Virus record (IMG/VR): IMGVR_UViG_3300032267_001484
From: a virus
Reading direction: 5' to 3' (one strand)
DNA length: 64,000 nt
Shown: piece by piece, positions 30,235 through 41,712 of the stretch
Layout of the letters: each line of letters opens with the position of its first letter
How positions within the stretch are numbered: position 1 is the stretch's first letter
Translations under genes and position numbers: made by a program
Notes under the pieces: model-generated
Seen by the model: only the letters and a program-made list of their open reading frames with translations
Databases searched by the model: none
Told to the model about the DNA's origin: nothing

Positions 30235-33200
30235 TTATCCTTCTATTATTTCTATTTTAACAGTATCATATCTATTTATATTTCCTGTAAGTGTGCCAGA
30301 AAGCGATTGACCAATATTTCTATTATATGAATCTACTTGAACTGAATTAACAATTAATGAAACAGAGGTTACATCACCAACATTACTACTAGGTGATATT
30401 TTGTCAATATTAAATCCAACAGATATTGAAGATCCATCATCAGGTAAAGTTGTTGTTAAATAGTTAACTACTTCAGTAGAACCATTAGCTGTTATATCTA
30501 CTGTAGAACCATTAGTAGAACTTCCTACTCTTACTATATGTCCAAAGAAAGCACCGGTGTATCCAACAGTAGTGGAAATATTAACATTTCCGCCACCACC
30601 GCCACCACCACCGCTAGTAGTGAATGTTTGTTCATTCTCACTTAATAAAACACCATTTTTATATAATTGAAGAGACCAAGTAGTACTCTGATTACTGCCT
30701 GATATATCTACTGTTAAGTCAAAACTTGCTTGTACTCTATGATCTCCTGTTTCTTGAGCTGAATAACTAGGGAATGAAGTTAAGGTTCCAGCGGCAAAAT
30801 ATTGTGATCCTTCAATTACAGTATTAAATATATTAGGAATATAACTTGCTGATAAAGGATATCCTAAAGGAGAAGATCCACTAATTGTTAAAGGAGTAAC
30901 TCCATTTTTAGCTGTTGATAAATAACTACCTCCTCCTAATAAATTTTCAAAATATATTTTTGGATCTGTTGAACACTTTCCAAAATACAATATTGGATAA
31001 TAAGTATACCCACTTTCAAAAATAAGTTTGTTTCCGTCTGTAGTTTTTTGATTACTAGATTTTTGATTATCAAATTGAGAAACGTTTAAATAATCCCCAG
31101 CAATAAAAGTTCTTTGTATTTCTTCCCAATATTTATTGCGCTGATTTAATTCAGTTAAGCTGCCATATTCATCTACAAGATATTTTAATGCTATTCTATT
31201 TCTACCAGGTAAAAATGAAGACTCAGCAATATCTGTAAATAGACCTATTTTTCTTACATTTTTATTTATAACAGCTGTTTTACCAAATGATATATCACCA
31301 CCATAAGTTAATGAAGCGCTAGTATAATTGTTATAGAGAAGACTACTTATTTTAACACCATCATGACGAGATAATCTATATGATTCCAAAGATAAATTAG
31401 AATCTTGTAATTCAGCATAATAGCTAGAAGAATATCCAGCTAAACCTAAAGTTCCACTTACTATAGAATATATTGGTTGTAATAATTTTCTAGTAACAGA
31501 TAATATACTTGATGATACATTATTTAATAATATATTAAAATTTGAGTGATTAAAAAAATCAACATCTATACTAGAAGTAGGTAATAAATAAGGATTAAAA
31601 TTTCTAGATGTCCAACTGCTATAATAATTAATTACACTTCCACTTATTTCTCCATTGTAGTAAGCTACTTTGCTACCAGTTAAGTAAGTATATAAACTAG
31701 TATATGATGTACTAGCTGTAGGGCCATTTAATCCTAGATCTAATACTGATATTTTGGAAGTATAGGTTGGTCTAGCGTATGATACTTTATTTCTTTCTAG
31801 TACTGGTGAATTAATTGTAACTCCTGTTGATAGATTTGCTCTTGCAGGAATAAAATCCTTTATCATTTTAAATAAAGAACTATCAAAATACTGGATTAAG
31901 CGAATAAAACCAGCATAATCTAAATACTGGGAATTAAAGTTATAGTATATTTTTCTTTCATTATCTAATGAGGCATAAGAACTACTATATAAATAACCAG
32001 GATCCCCAATATAATTATCTATATTCCATGTTGGGTCAGAAGATGCTATAGATGCAGAAGCATAAGTATCTATTTGAGTTTCAGGAGAAAATGATATATC
32101 TACATAATGTAAATCGTTTGTTCTAAATAAATTAGATGATGTAGGTTGTTGTTGTAAACTAGTATATGGTGATAAAGTATTACCCGTTACTATATTATTA
32201 GATACTATTCTTACTTTATCATCATTATATTCTTGTAGTGTATCACTTTTTAAACCACCACCATATTCTTTAACATTTAATATACTACTAGTAATACCAA
32301 AAGTAGATATTAGTGTTTGTAAACCATAAGTTGTACCTTTAGTTTTTAATAGTAAAGGTAGATTATGATAAATACGTTTATAAGTTTCAGCTAATAAATC
32401 TTTACGAGGTATATTGTTTAAATAAGACCCAGTAGGGGTAAAATTATTATCAAAATTAGCACTACCACTGTTTTTACCTACTAAGAAAAGATCGTTAGAT
32501 GAATCTCCATATCTATTATATAATTTAGTTCCTAATGATTGTAATACAGTATATACTAAATCTTTAGAAACACCTTTTTCTAAATTATTATTTGCTAAAT
32601 TAATATCGGTAACTGCTTGGAGATAGATCCATATATTATCAAAATAATGACCAACCATATTAACAAAAGTAATATATGGTGCATTATTTTCGTCATCCTT
32701 TATAAAGTTAGGAATAGTATATAGTAAATTATTTTGATTATATTCATCATAATTATTAGCACTAGCTGTAGAGTAAGCTAACCAAAGAGAAGCAGAACTA
32801 GATCCAGTAGAAAATAAAGTATAAGGTAATGTTGAAGTAGATTTGGGGTAAGGAGTTATACCATATTCAGTAGAAGTAGTTACAGATCCACTTTCAAAAT
32901 ATAAATAATATTCAAAGCCATCAAAATTAGTTATAGTATCATTAAGACTAGCTGTTGCTAAATTTAAATCATATTTTAGATTAGGGTAACTAGAAGTTAA
33001 AGCAGTATAAGTAGATATACTATTATTTAAATCTTCTATTTGTTTTATTTTATTATAAAAGTTTAATACTCTTTGTTCTGCTGAACTAAAAAAGACAAAA
33101 TTGGTAAAATTACTATAATCTGTATTAATGTCAATACTTTGTGAAGTAATTAAACTTAAAAGTTGTCTATATGAAGAAGATACACTTTGAAAACTATTTA

Positions 33201-33981
33201 ATAAAGTATTATAATTTTGGTAAGAAGTAGCAATATTATTCCTATTAGGAATTTCTATATCAAAATTAGGACCCCTTAATTGAGGACCAGGAAGAGGAAT
33301 AATTAATTTATCTAAATTAATATCAAAAATATATGGATTAACTTTTTCTTTTACAATCCATAAGGTTGATTTTTCTGGGATAGAAATGGAAAGTGGTTGG
33401 TATAATTTAAGAAATATTTCATACCCTGATTCAATCTTGTTTAGAGCAACATTTACTACTATTGCTTGTTGGTTATCTCCAAAATTAGCTAAATAATCAA
33501 CAAAATAAGAAGATCCACTGTATTCATTAATAATAGATAATACAGAATCTTCAATTTGTTGATTAGTTAAAATTGTAGATCCTACTCTTAATTCTGTTCT
33601 ATCTGATGAAATTTCTTTTAGAAATAATTCAGCATTTGGATTTGATATTTTATTTCCAAAAAAATTATATTGAACTTTAAATTCACCTGATGAATATCCT
33701 AGACTTTGTAAATCTTTAACAGGATCTATTTCAATTATTGGAAGAGAACCACTAGTAGGATCAAGATATGAGTTAGGAGCTAATTTAAAATCTTTATAAT
33801 TATAATTTAAATCTAAAAGATTACCTGCAATATCGTATACAAAGTATTCAATATAATCATTAGAAACACCAAAATCTTCCTTAATTAGTTGGGAAGGAAG
33901 TATATTAAGGTCCTCTTCAGTATAACGAGGTACTTGTTGGGTATCTAAAATTTCACCTACTATTTTTATATTATCTGCCAT
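30235..33981 (-). CDS. Large baseplate/tail protein
   Basis: 1248 aa; LPLLLKTKGT..GL motif resembling baseplate wedge proteins; context. Confidence 0.65.
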   Translation of the reverse strand: MADNIKIVGEILDTQQVPRYTEEDLNILPSQLIKEDFGVSNDYIEYFVYDIAGNLLDLNYNYKDFKLAPNSYLDPTSGSLPIIEIDPVKDLQSLGYSSGEFKVQYNFFGNKISNPNAELFLKEISSDRTELRVGSTILTNQQIEDSVLSIINEYSGSSYFVDYLANFGDNQQAIVVNVALNKIESGYEIFLKLYQPLSISIPEKSTLWIVKEKVNPYIFDINLDKLIIPLPGPQLRGPNFDIEIPNRNNIATSYQNYNTLLNSFQSVSSSYRQLLSLITSQSIDINTDYSNFTNFVFFSSAEQRVLNFYNKIKQIEDLNNSISTYTALTSSYPNLKYDLNLATASLNDTITNFDGFEYYLYFESGSVTTSTEYGITPYPKSTSTLPYTLFSTGSSSASLWLAYSTASANNYDEYNQNNLLYTIPNFIKDDENNAPYITFVNMVGHYFDNIWIYLQAVTDINLANNNLEKGVSKDLVYTVLQSLGTKLYNRYGDSSNDLFLVGKNSGSANFDNNFTPTGSYLNNIPRKDLLAETYKRIYHNLPLLLKTKGTTYGLQTLISTFGITSSILNVKEYGGGLKSDTLQEYNDDKVRIVSNNIVTGNTLSPYTSLQQQPTSSNLFRTNDLHYVDISFSPETQIDTYASASIASSDPTWNIDNYIGDPGYLYSSSYASLDNERKIYYNFNSQYLDYAGFIRLIQYFDSSLFKMIKDFIPARANLSTGVTINSPVLERNKVSYARPTYTSKISVLDLGLNGPTASTSYTSLYTYLTGSKVAYYNGEISGSVINYYSSWTSRNFNPYLLPTSSIDVDFFNHSNFNILLNNVSSSILSVTRKLLQPIYSIVSGTLGLAGYSSSYYAELQDSNLSLESYRLSRHDGVKISSLLYNNYTSASLTYGGDISFGKTAVINKNVRKIGLFTDIAESSFLPGRNRIALKYLVDEYGSLTELNQRNKYWEEIQRTFIAGDYLNVSQFDNQKSSNQKTTDGNKLIFESGYTYYPILYFGKCSTDPKIYFENLLGGGSYLSTAKNGVTPLTISGSSPLGYPLSASYIPNIFNTVIEGSQYFAAGTLTSFPSYSAQETGDHRVQASFDLTVDISGSNQSTTWSLQLYKNGVLLSENEQTFTTSGGGGGGGGNVNISTTVGYTGAFFGHIVRVGSSTNGSTVDITANGSTEVVNYLTTTLPDDGSSISVGFNIDKISPSSNVGDVTSVSLIVNSVQVDSYNRNIGQSLSGTLTGNINRYDTVKIEIIEG

Positions 33982-34313
33982 TATTGTTTGGTCAATTCAT
34001 TTATTATAGTTTGATTATCAAGTACCTGTTGTCTTAAAGATGTAATTTCATCTAATAAAGCTTGTACATCATCTTGACTAATACTAATACCTAAATAATC
34101 TGCTTCTTTTTGTAAAATATATTGATGAGAATTAGTATCTCCTTCTCTTGGAATTTGATAAAATAATTGTTCATATAATATAAAAAAATCATCAACTGTA
34201 AATGATAAGGTTTCTTCTGTTTCTTGAGTAATCAATTGATGAAATTGAGTATCAATTACTCTACCATAAGCATCCTTATTAAATACTATTTTTTGTACTG
34301 GTATTTGAGACAT
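33981..34313 (-). CDS. Hypothetical structural protein
   Basis: Translationally coupled ORF in the tail module. Confidence 0.6.
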   Translation of the reverse strand: MSQIPVQKIVFNKDAYGRVIDTQFHQLITQETEETLSFTVDDFFILYEQLFYQIPREGDTNSHQYILQKEADYLGISISQDDVQALLDEITSLRQQVLDNQTIINELTKQ

Positions 34314-35413
34314 TATCTAATAACTTTAAAATAATTATTACCATTATCTAAAATAACAGTTTCACCACTTGGTAAAATTGTTTTAATTAGTACCTTATAA
34401 TATCGTTCAGGTTCTAATCCATTCATGTATATATCAAAATAATTACCATTGGAATCACAGCTTACTTTAGTATATGATGTATCATAATCTACGACAATTT
34501 CTTCAGTATCCAAATCTTTTATTGACCAATATGAAGAAGAAGGTAATGCCTTATTAATTAGATAACCAGAAGTAGTTGAAAATGTTCTAGTAGGATATTT
34601 ATCTCTTACATTTACTTTAAAGCGTTGTATTGAATCTTGTTGAAATTTACCTTTATTATTTCCTAAAGTAACAACAAATAAACTAGAAGTAACTACAGCT
34701 AAAGAGCCAGTATTGTATAATGAATCATCCCATCTAATTTCTAAACATGGAGGATAAATGGTATGGGTATTACCTGAAAAATATTTAGTTTCAAATTTAG
34801 AAGCTGAAGTAAATTCAAGTGAAGAGGCGTGTTTTAAAATAAATCCTTCATTAGTTATTGAGCTACTATACCAAGCATTTACTGTACTTGTTACTTTTAA
34901 TTCTATATCTTTTGAAGTAGAATTAGTAAAAGATTGAGTTGATTGGTAAGCAGATGAGGTATACCATAATCCACCCCCTGCTGTACTTCCTGATCTATAA
35001 GAACCTGTTGTATTAGCAGGAAAAGTACTAAACCAATTACTACCACTAAGTATATCTCTAAATTGCCAACTAGCTCCATCTGTAGTGATAGGTACGTTAC
35101 CTAACTTACCCGTTCCCATATTCCAACTCCCTGATATAGGGTGACAATATAATGTATAATTTAAGGGAAGAGACGAAGCATTGGCTAAATAAAGTTTTAA
35201 GTAAACATCAAATGTTTTATTTGTTACTTTATTAGTAAATGTATCCGTTATTTGATTGGTAGGGAATTTAATTAATCCACGAGATACTTCATTAGTACCA
35301 GCTACTGAGTAGTAGGTACTTAGCTCAATAATTTCATCTAATCCTGTATTGGTTGTAGGGTAGTATGAATAAAGAGTAGCAGTCTTTTCAGGAAATATTT
35401 TATAAATGGCCAT
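34313..35413 (-). CDS. Virion structural protein (DNRLRE-like beta domain)
   Basis: NTGLDEIIE, SRGLIKF, NEGFILK, YPPCLEIRWDD. Confidence 0.55.
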   Translation of the reverse strand: MAIYKIFPEKTATLYSYYPTTNTGLDEIIELSTYYSVAGTNEVSRGLIKFPTNQITDTFTNKVTNKTFDVYLKLYLANASSLPLNYTLYCHPISGSWNMGTGKLGNVPITTDGASWQFRDILSGSNWFSTFPANTTGSYRSGSTAGGGLWYTSSAYQSTQSFTNSTSKDIELKVTSTVNAWYSSSITNEGFILKHASSLEFTSASKFETKYFSGNTHTIYPPCLEIRWDDSLYNTGSLAVVTSSLFVVTLGNNKGKFQQDSIQRFKVNVRDKYPTRTFSTTSGYLINKALPSSSYWSIKDLDTEEIVVDYDTSYTKVSCDSNGNYFDIYMNGLEPERYYKVLIKTILPSGETVILDNGNNYFKVIR

Positions 35414-35456
35414 AATTAGTGATTACTACATATAAATATGGCGACTGTAGACTATT

Positions 35457-36278
35457 TTAAGACAATAAGTTGTAATATTCTTTAAAATGTTTTGTCCTAT
35501 CTACTAAACCATTAGTACCACCATTAACACATTTAGTAACAGCAGTAATAACTTCATCAGAAGCTCCAGTATCACATTTTTTTAAACAACGTTGAAAAAA
35601 CCAAGCTGCGGATAATAATGGGTATTTAGTAGCAACTAGGTCAGGATTAGATACAATATCTACTCCTATTGAATCACCAAATGCTTTATAATTAGATTTA
35701 CCTGTTAGTTGAATATACCCACGGCCTCTAAATTTATATCCCTCACCTGAATTTTTATCTCCATTGCCCATTCTATCAGCGTATACTATGTTAGCTATTT
35801 TTTCAGGTTTTTTTTCATATGCTTCCGCTAATCCTTGAGTTGGAAAATATTTTTTAAATACTGCTAATAATGATTTAGCACTATAATTTAGATTTTCAGT
35901 AGTTAATTTAAATCCACCTGATTCATGACCACATTGTGATAAAAAATGAGCTAAACGTAAAGGTGTATTGATTTGAAATTTAACAGCAACATCTGGGATT
36001 TGGGAAATTACATTATCAGGAATATGTCCTTTTAACTTATCTAATTTTAAACCTCCTACATTAGCAAGAGGCAAAGGCACAGGAGTTGACATTGATTTTT
36101 TCATAATTAATTCCCATAATTTATCTTTAACAATTCCATCAGGTTCTAGACCATGTTGGATTTGAAATTCTTTTACAGCTTTTTCTGTTTTAGGTCCAAA
36201 ATTACCTATAGGCTCTATTCCTAATTTTTCTTGTAAAAGTTTTACATTAATATTATTATCGCCTCTTTCTAATTTCAT
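35457..36278 (-). CDS. Endolysin: peptidoglycan-binding domain + GH19 catalytic domain
   Basis: FGPKTEKAVKEFQ...GLEPDGIV; AHFLSQCGHES, FRGRGYIQLTG, VNGGTNGL. Confidence 0.9.
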   Translation of the reverse strand: MKLERGDNNINVKLLQEKLGIEPIGNFGPKTEKAVKEFQIQHGLEPDGIVKDKLWELIMKKSMSTPVPLPLANVGGLKLDKLKGHIPDNVISQIPDVAVKFQINTPLRLAHFLSQCGHESGGFKLTTENLNYSAKSLLAVFKKYFPTQGLAEAYEKKPEKIANIVYADRMGNGDKNSGEGYKFRGRGYIQLTGKSNYKAFGDSIGVDIVSNPDLVATKYPLLSAAWFFQRCLKKCDTGASDEVITAVTKCVNGGTNGLVDRTKHFKEYYNLLS

Positions 36279-36287
36279 ACTTTAATT

Positions 36288-38120
36288 TTATAGAGTGACT
36301 ACTCTACCTTGAATATCTGTGTTAGGATATCTAACTTCAAAAATAGCAGGATCCATGGATGGATACACATTTCCATTTCTTGTAGCACCTGCTATATCAT
36401 ATCCATATTGTGAATATGTAACACCTGTACTATCTTGTTTATTTGTTATTTCTAATTTAGATACTGATTGTACTCCTCTTACTTGTAATAATTTAGCTAT
36501 TACATCTGAAATTATTATAGGTTGATTTATTTGCCATTTATCTATATTGAAATAGTCTTGAAGAGAGGTAACACAACTAGTTAATACATCTTTATTTGAA
36601 AATCCACTTAATATAGTAATATCAAAATTTACTGTTATATTAATATAAAAGGCATCTCTAATATTGATAGCATCAGATACCATTCTATATTGATTAATAT
36701 AGGTTACTAAATTTTGTTTTAATGTTGTAGAGGCTTGAGTTATTTGTTTATTTGAATTATATGATAAAATATATAAATCTAAAGACAATGGATTATTAGG
36801 TTGAGTATATGTTACTGTTTGTTGAGGATTGTCACTTATATTTTGAGAAATATAAGCTTTAGCTATTACACCATAATCTGAGGGCATCGATAAGGCTCTT
36901 ACTATATAATCATCTTTAGTTACTGCTCTTAATTGAGTTGAATAAGAATATAAAGCATTTTGTCTAATTTCATCAATAGTATCTCCATTTCTTCCTCCAG
37001 TTGATGGAACAGGATTATTAGAAACAACACTATTTAAAACAGTAGTTGCTAATCCTCCAGGAGTATTTTTAAAATATATTTTAGAAGTATCTAAAATAGT
37101 CAAATTATTAGCAGGTACATTAGATGTAATTCCTCCCCCAACTAAATAAGTAACATTAATATCACCAGAAGGAGCTAATCCATATTCTTGAGTGAACATT
37201 ACTGAGGCTTGATTGTAATTATTAGTCAATAGTGAAATTCCTGGTACTAAACCTAACTGAATATTATCTGGGGTTGGGATAATTTGGGAATCAGTTTTAT
37301 TTTGAGATAGACCGGCTCCAAATTCTAACTGTAATGTATTATCGGAAAGTATTCTAGATACAAAACGTCTAGGCACTCTTTGTAGCTGTAATAAATAGGG
37401 AATTTGATCTGTTGAATAAGAAGGATTAGTTACTTTTTGAAATATTGATGATTGAGCTAAATATGGTACTTCATACCACACATTTCCATCACTTCCTGTT
37501 ACATTTAGTATTTGTAATGTTTTAGTATCATTAATAGTAGATGTTGCAAATTTTTCATTACCAGAAAAAGTTAAGGTAGCTGATTTGATTTCAGCAGATA
37601 TAGCAGAAACTGATTTTTTAAATAAAAAATAATTAGAATCAACATAAGTTATTTCAGCACTACTTGTATTTGTAAAATCTATTTGTTGTGTAGTTAAAAA
37701 TTTAATTCCTGTACTGGTTGAAGTTAAAGTAGTGTTTGTTGGTATTATTAAGCCATAAGTATCATAGTCAGGAGTTATAGTTCCCCCATTATTAATAGAA
37801 GGAACTAATTGATATATATCAACAATAGTAGTTGAAGCATATGATGCTTTGGGTCTATAACCCATTACATATGCCATAGCATATAAATTTTCCTTTTCTT
37901 TAGCATATAAAAGAAAATTTTCTTGTGTTTGAGTATCAAGATAAAACGACATAACATCACCTACATATGATGCCATCTCAATAAACATATTACCTGGGGT
38001 AGCCTCAGAAAAATCATTATAGGTTGTAGGAAAATAAGTTTTAGCATACTGTTGTAAAGCTGCTTTAAAATCTGTAAATCCTTTATTTAAGTATGATATA
38101 TTTTTATCTTCGTTAGCCAT
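36288..38120 (-). CDS. Baseplate wedge protein, T4 gp6-like
   Basis: YNDFSE..PG..FIE..SYVGD, RAVTKDDY motif. Confidence 0.85.
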   Translation of the reverse strand: MANEDKNISYLNKGFTDFKAALQQYAKTYFPTTYNDFSEATPGNMFIEMASYVGDVMSFYLDTQTQENFLLYAKEKENLYAMAYVMGYRPKASYASTTIVDIYQLVPSINNGGTITPDYDTYGLIIPTNTTLTSTSTGIKFLTTQQIDFTNTSSAEITYVDSNYFLFKKSVSAISAEIKSATLTFSGNEKFATSTINDTKTLQILNVTGSDGNVWYEVPYLAQSSIFQKVTNPSYSTDQIPYLLQLQRVPRRFVSRILSDNTLQLEFGAGLSQNKTDSQIIPTPDNIQLGLVPGISLLTNNYNQASVMFTQEYGLAPSGDINVTYLVGGGITSNVPANNLTILDTSKIYFKNTPGGLATTVLNSVVSNNPVPSTGGRNGDTIDEIRQNALYSYSTQLRAVTKDDYIVRALSMPSDYGVIAKAYISQNISDNPQQTVTYTQPNNPLSLDLYILSYNSNKQITQASTTLKQNLVTYINQYRMVSDAINIRDAFYINITVNFDITILSGFSNKDVLTSCVTSLQDYFNIDKWQINQPIIISDVIAKLLQVRGVQSVSKLEITNKQDSTGVTYSQYGYDIAGATRNGNVYPSMDPAIFEVRYPNTDIQGRVVTL

Positions 38121-38122
38121 TA

Positions 38123-38527
38123 TTATTGAAATTGTACTGTTACTTGGTCAGGTGTATTTGAAATATTTAATACATAATTAATACTTAATTCCATTAAATT
38201 ATAATCAGCATCAGGGTTAATTACTATTTCAATTACTGTTATCTCAGGGATGTAAGTATAAATACTATTTAATATATTACTTTTTAAATTTTCTAAATTA
38301 TTATCAGTTATATTACTAAATAAAAATTTTTTTAGATTAGTGCCAAAAGAAGGATTCATTACTCTTTCTCCTATATCTGTTAATAATAAATTAAGTAAAT
38401 TAGATTTAATTTGATCTTTGGTAGTATATGTACTAGTAAAAGGCTTATCAAAAGGTAAAGATACCCCAATAGCAATATTTTTCTGTAAATCTAATGGATT
38501 TACTCGTATCGTTTGAGGTATTGGCAT
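38123..38527 (-). CDS. Baseplate wedge subunit, gp25-like
   Basis: IKSNLLNLLLT..GERVMNPSFG. Confidence 0.88.
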   Translation of the reverse strand: MPIPQTIRVNPLDLQKNIAIGVSLPFDKPFTSTYTTKDQIKSNLLNLLLTDIGERVMNPSFGTNLKKFLFSNITDNNLENLKSNILNSIYTYIPEITVIEIVINPDADYNLMELSINYVLNISNTPDQVTVQFQ

Positions 38528-38528
38528 A

Positions 38529-38888
38529 TTATCCTAAATTTTTAAGTCCTGCTCTTTCTTGCGGTGTCATGTTAGCAGCAGAATCTGCTAAAAATGCTAA
38601 ATATGGATTTACAGGTTCACCTGTATTTTCATTAATGGCATTAATTACTTCTAATTTAGGAGTAGGTTGTTGAAAACCAAATGCTTCACCCATTTTAGTA
38701 CGCAAAGATTCCCTAATACCAGAATTACCAGGCACTATGTCATTACTAGTAAAATTTATTGTTTTATTTTCACGCAATGCTTTTTTTTCTTGTTTAGCCA
38801 TGTGCTCTTCAAGAATGAATGGTAATTCTTCATGAATAGCATCAATTACTGCTTCTTTAATTAATCTTTTAAATGCTTTAGTATTCAT
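38529..38888 (-). CDS. Hypothetical protein
   Basis: Leader FKRLIKEAV; late motif upstream. Confidence 0.6.
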   Translation of the reverse strand: MNTKAFKRLIKEAVIDAIHEELPFILEEHMAKQEKKALRENKTINFTSNDIVPGNSGIRESLRTKMGEAFGFQQPTPKLEVINAINENTGEPVNPYLAFLADSAANMTPQERAGLKNLG

Positions 38889-38900
38889 AATTATAAATAT

Positions 38901-40154
38901 TTAACCTTGTAAGTTTTGTTGATCAATAACTAGTTTTAATTGTTCCACTAGATCGTTAGGATCTAATGTAAATGAATATTCACTTTTTAATATTTCTACA
39001 TTATATCTATCAATAGCTACAGCGTAACGGCGTTTATTTCCTTTAACAACAAATTTTGGATTTTGTTCTTCTTTTATTTTAAAATTAAATCCTTTATATG
39101 ATGGAAATTGATTGATACCACTACTAGTTGTTCCTACTGGGAGGAAAGTATTAGATAGGTCTGATAATTGTTGTTCATTTAGATTTTCTAGTGTTTTATT
39201 ATCTAATTTTAAACTAATTTGTTTTAAACGATCTCTTAGTTCTTCTAGCTCTATTATTTCATTAGACAACAATACAGTAATAATTGCCAATAATGCACTT
39301 AGTCCTGAAACAAGTTTTTCAGCTATAGTTAAAATTTTTAATATTAATGGGCTTAAAGGAACAGGAATTAAATATATTAATTTAATAGCAAGTGAAGTTA
39401 TTACTAATATTTTAGCAATTTTTTCTAATAATTTTTTTAATTTTTCTAATTTTTTAATACTATTATTGATTAAAGTAACAGCATTGTTTCTTAAATTAGT
39501 TGCAATTTCAACAGTTTGTTGATCTTTAACTTTGGTATCAATGTATTCATTTACATTATCAACTAATTCTTCTAATTTTTTTCTTTGATCTACTATAATT
39601 AAAAAACTGTTTGCTATTTGTAAACTAATAATAGGGACTAATCCTTTAACAGCATTAGATATAATTTGTTTTACTAAATCTTTTTTAGATTTACTATCTA
39701 ATTTTTGAATATATTTTTCTGTATTTTTAAGACTTATACTAAATGTTGTTTGAGCTTGTTTTATTTTTGTAGAAAAATTATTAACAATATTATTTATATC
39801 CTGTTGTAACTTCTGTCTATTAATAGTATTAATAGTTTGGATTGCAACTAAAGAAAGAGAAGCGGCTTCTACTAATCTATTATATTGTTCTTGAGTTATT
39901 TGTTTTGTATTAAGTTTATATAAAGCATCTTGTTCTACCCTACTTTTTTCAATTCCAGCTTTTTGCTCCTTTTGAACTAATAAATCAATTTCAGCTTTTA
40001 TATTAGCTATCTTTGTTTGGTCACCTATTATAAGAATTTCTTTAGCTTTATCTTTTAATTGAGCTCCAAACGATTCAATAGGAAGTGAATCAGATATAGT
40101 TGATACAATATCTGTGGGGAGGATAGGGGCTATATTTATATTTTTTTTACCCAT
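38901..40154 (-). CDS. Hypothetical helical virion protein
   Basis: Coiled coil plus hydrophobic segment; baseplate context. Confidence 0.55.
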   Translation of the reverse strand: MGKKNINIAPILPTDIVSTISDSLPIESFGAQLKDKAKEILIIGDQTKIANIKAEIDLLVQKEQKAGIEKSRVEQDALYKLNTKQITQEQYNRLVEAASLSLVAIQTINTINRQKLQQDINNIVNNFSTKIKQAQTTFSISLKNTEKYIQKLDSKSKKDLVKQIISNAVKGLVPIISLQIANSFLIIVDQRKKLEELVDNVNEYIDTKVKDQQTVEIATNLRNNAVTLINNSIKKLEKLKKLLEKIAKILVITSLAIKLIYLIPVPLSPLILKILTIAEKLVSGLSALLAIITVLLSNEIIELEELRDRLKQISLKLDNKTLENLNEQQLSDLSNTFLPVGTTSSGINQFPSYKGFNFKIKEEQNPKFVVKGNKRRYAVAIDRYNVEILKSEYSFTLDPNDLVEQLKLVIDQQNLQG

Positions 40155-41317
40155 TATGAAGTAAATACTTTTTTAGACGGAATATTTTTTAATAACTTAT
40201 TTAGTTGTTTCATATTACTTGATAATTCCTTTCCAGCAATTTGTAAACTCATTATTGCACTTCCTTCTTGGGTACTAACAGCACTAGATAATTGAGAAGA
40301 GAGTTTACTTAGTGTTTTAACTAAATGCTCGAATACTTTATAAGTTTCCCACCCTAATAATACAGGTTGGGGTGCTGTTGTAGTATAGGGGCCTAAAAAT
40401 ACAGCATTAGCATTTAAATGTACTCGTTCATCCGCATTCAAATTAATAACATATTTAGTATTTAATTCAATATTTGTTTTAGCAAATATCATTACTTCAT
40501 CTTTTTTAGAATTTAATACTACCCTATCACTATTTAATATAATTTGAGAATTTATATAATCAGGAACATTTAGTGGATTAGTAAGATTATTTAATATTCC
40601 TGTTTTATCTGTTATTAATGGGATTTTTTGGGCTGAGGTTAAATATATTGATGATGAATCCTTATTTATTTGTTCAACATAATAATTTTTATCTGCATCA
40701 TAATTTAATCCATTAGTTAATATTGTAATAGGATCATATTCTCCTCCTATTTCACTCCATTCATTAGCAGGAGTTACTCCTCTTGTTGTGCTGGAAAATC
40801 TTAGAGAGGAACCTTGTCGTCCTCCTAATATATTATCTCCTTCGTATGGGACTAAAGGTCTAACATTTGGATTTTCATAGAATGTAATTCCTAAACTAGC
40901 ATTATCATTTGCTGGCTGTGAATTTTGTTGTGGGTTATTCCAAAGATTAATTAAGGAATAATATTTTTGTTGAGAATTTTTATCTACCTGAGATAGAGGG
41001 GATGGTCCGTCCTCTAAAATGACTAATTCTCCTAGTACGGGGTAATATTGATCTTGTGGGTTTAAAGGTTTTGCCTTATCGCAGCTTCTTAGAAAATCAT
41101 TATCTATACTTCCTGTATATTTTTTCCCTTGTTCATAACTTAAATAAAAAATAGTTCCTACTCCTAGATACCCACCAACACTATTAAACATTTCCTCAGT
41201 AGGAGTATTTTCTGTAGTTACTACTCCATATACTCTTCCAACTTGTTTTTTTACAGTAGGAGTAAAGTTATTTTGTCCTATTGACGTTATTATAGATGAT
41301 AAATTATATCTTATCAT
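40154..41317 (-). CDS. Baseplate hub/spike protein (gp5/gpV-like)
   Basis: YPVLGELV OB-fold-like motif, GRQGSSLRF, beta-repeat QIILNSDRVVLNSK. Confidence 0.6.
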   Translation of the reverse strand: MIRYNLSSIITSIGQNNFTPTVKKQVGRVYGVVTTENTPTEEMFNSVGGYLGVGTIFYLSYEQGKKYTGSIDNDFLRSCDKAKPLNPQDQYYPVLGELVILEDGPSPLSQVDKNSQQKYYSLINLWNNPQQNSQPANDNASLGITFYENPNVRPLVPYEGDNILGGRQGSSLRFSSTTRGVTPANEWSEIGGEYDPITILTNGLNYDADKNYYVEQINKDSSSIYLTSAQKIPLITDKTGILNNLTNPLNVPDYINSQIILNSDRVVLNSKKDEVMIFAKTNIELNTKYVINLNADERVHLNANAVFLGPYTTTAPQPVLLGWETYKVFEHLVKTLSKLSSQLSSAVSTQEGSAIMSLQIAGKELSSNMKQLNKLLKNIPSKKVFTS

Positions 41318-41712
41318 TTTTGTTCAAGTTGGGGTTGTTGAGGAACTTGTTCAAGTAGTTTTTGACCTTGCTCTTGTATTGCTTTTTGTTCTTCTAAAAG
41401 AGCACTAATTTCATCCATATCTATAAAGCTAGCATCATTAGTAACGTTCATAGTTGCTGCTCGTTGCGCAATACCTGCCATTTTAATTAATTGTTCATTG
41501 TTTTTAACGTTAACATCAATTAAATCTTTAACAGTAGGCATTAACATCACTGCGGAACCTGCATTAGAAGTAGCAATAGGTTTGAGAGTATCTATGAGTT
41601 CGTTGATTTGTTTGTCAACATCTTTATTATTCCTATGGATCTGCTTAAACAGGTCAGCTAGTGATGTGTTTCCAAATATTGTAACATCATCAAAATTAGA
41701 CATAATTTGCAT
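41314..41712 (-). CDS. Hypothetical helical protein
   Basis: ORF track; late motif upstream. Confidence 0.6.
   Translation of the reverse strand: MQIMSNFDDVTIFGNTSLADLFKQIHRNNKDVDKQINELIDTLKPIATSNAGSAVMLMPTVKDLIDVNVKNNEQLIKMAGIAQRAATMNVTNDASFIDMDEISALLEEQKAIQEQGQKLLEQVPQQPQLEQK

Noticed and set aside
41314-41712. Small terminase subunit assignment
   Set aside because: Helical pattern is compatible but there is no diagnostic motif and it is far from terL.
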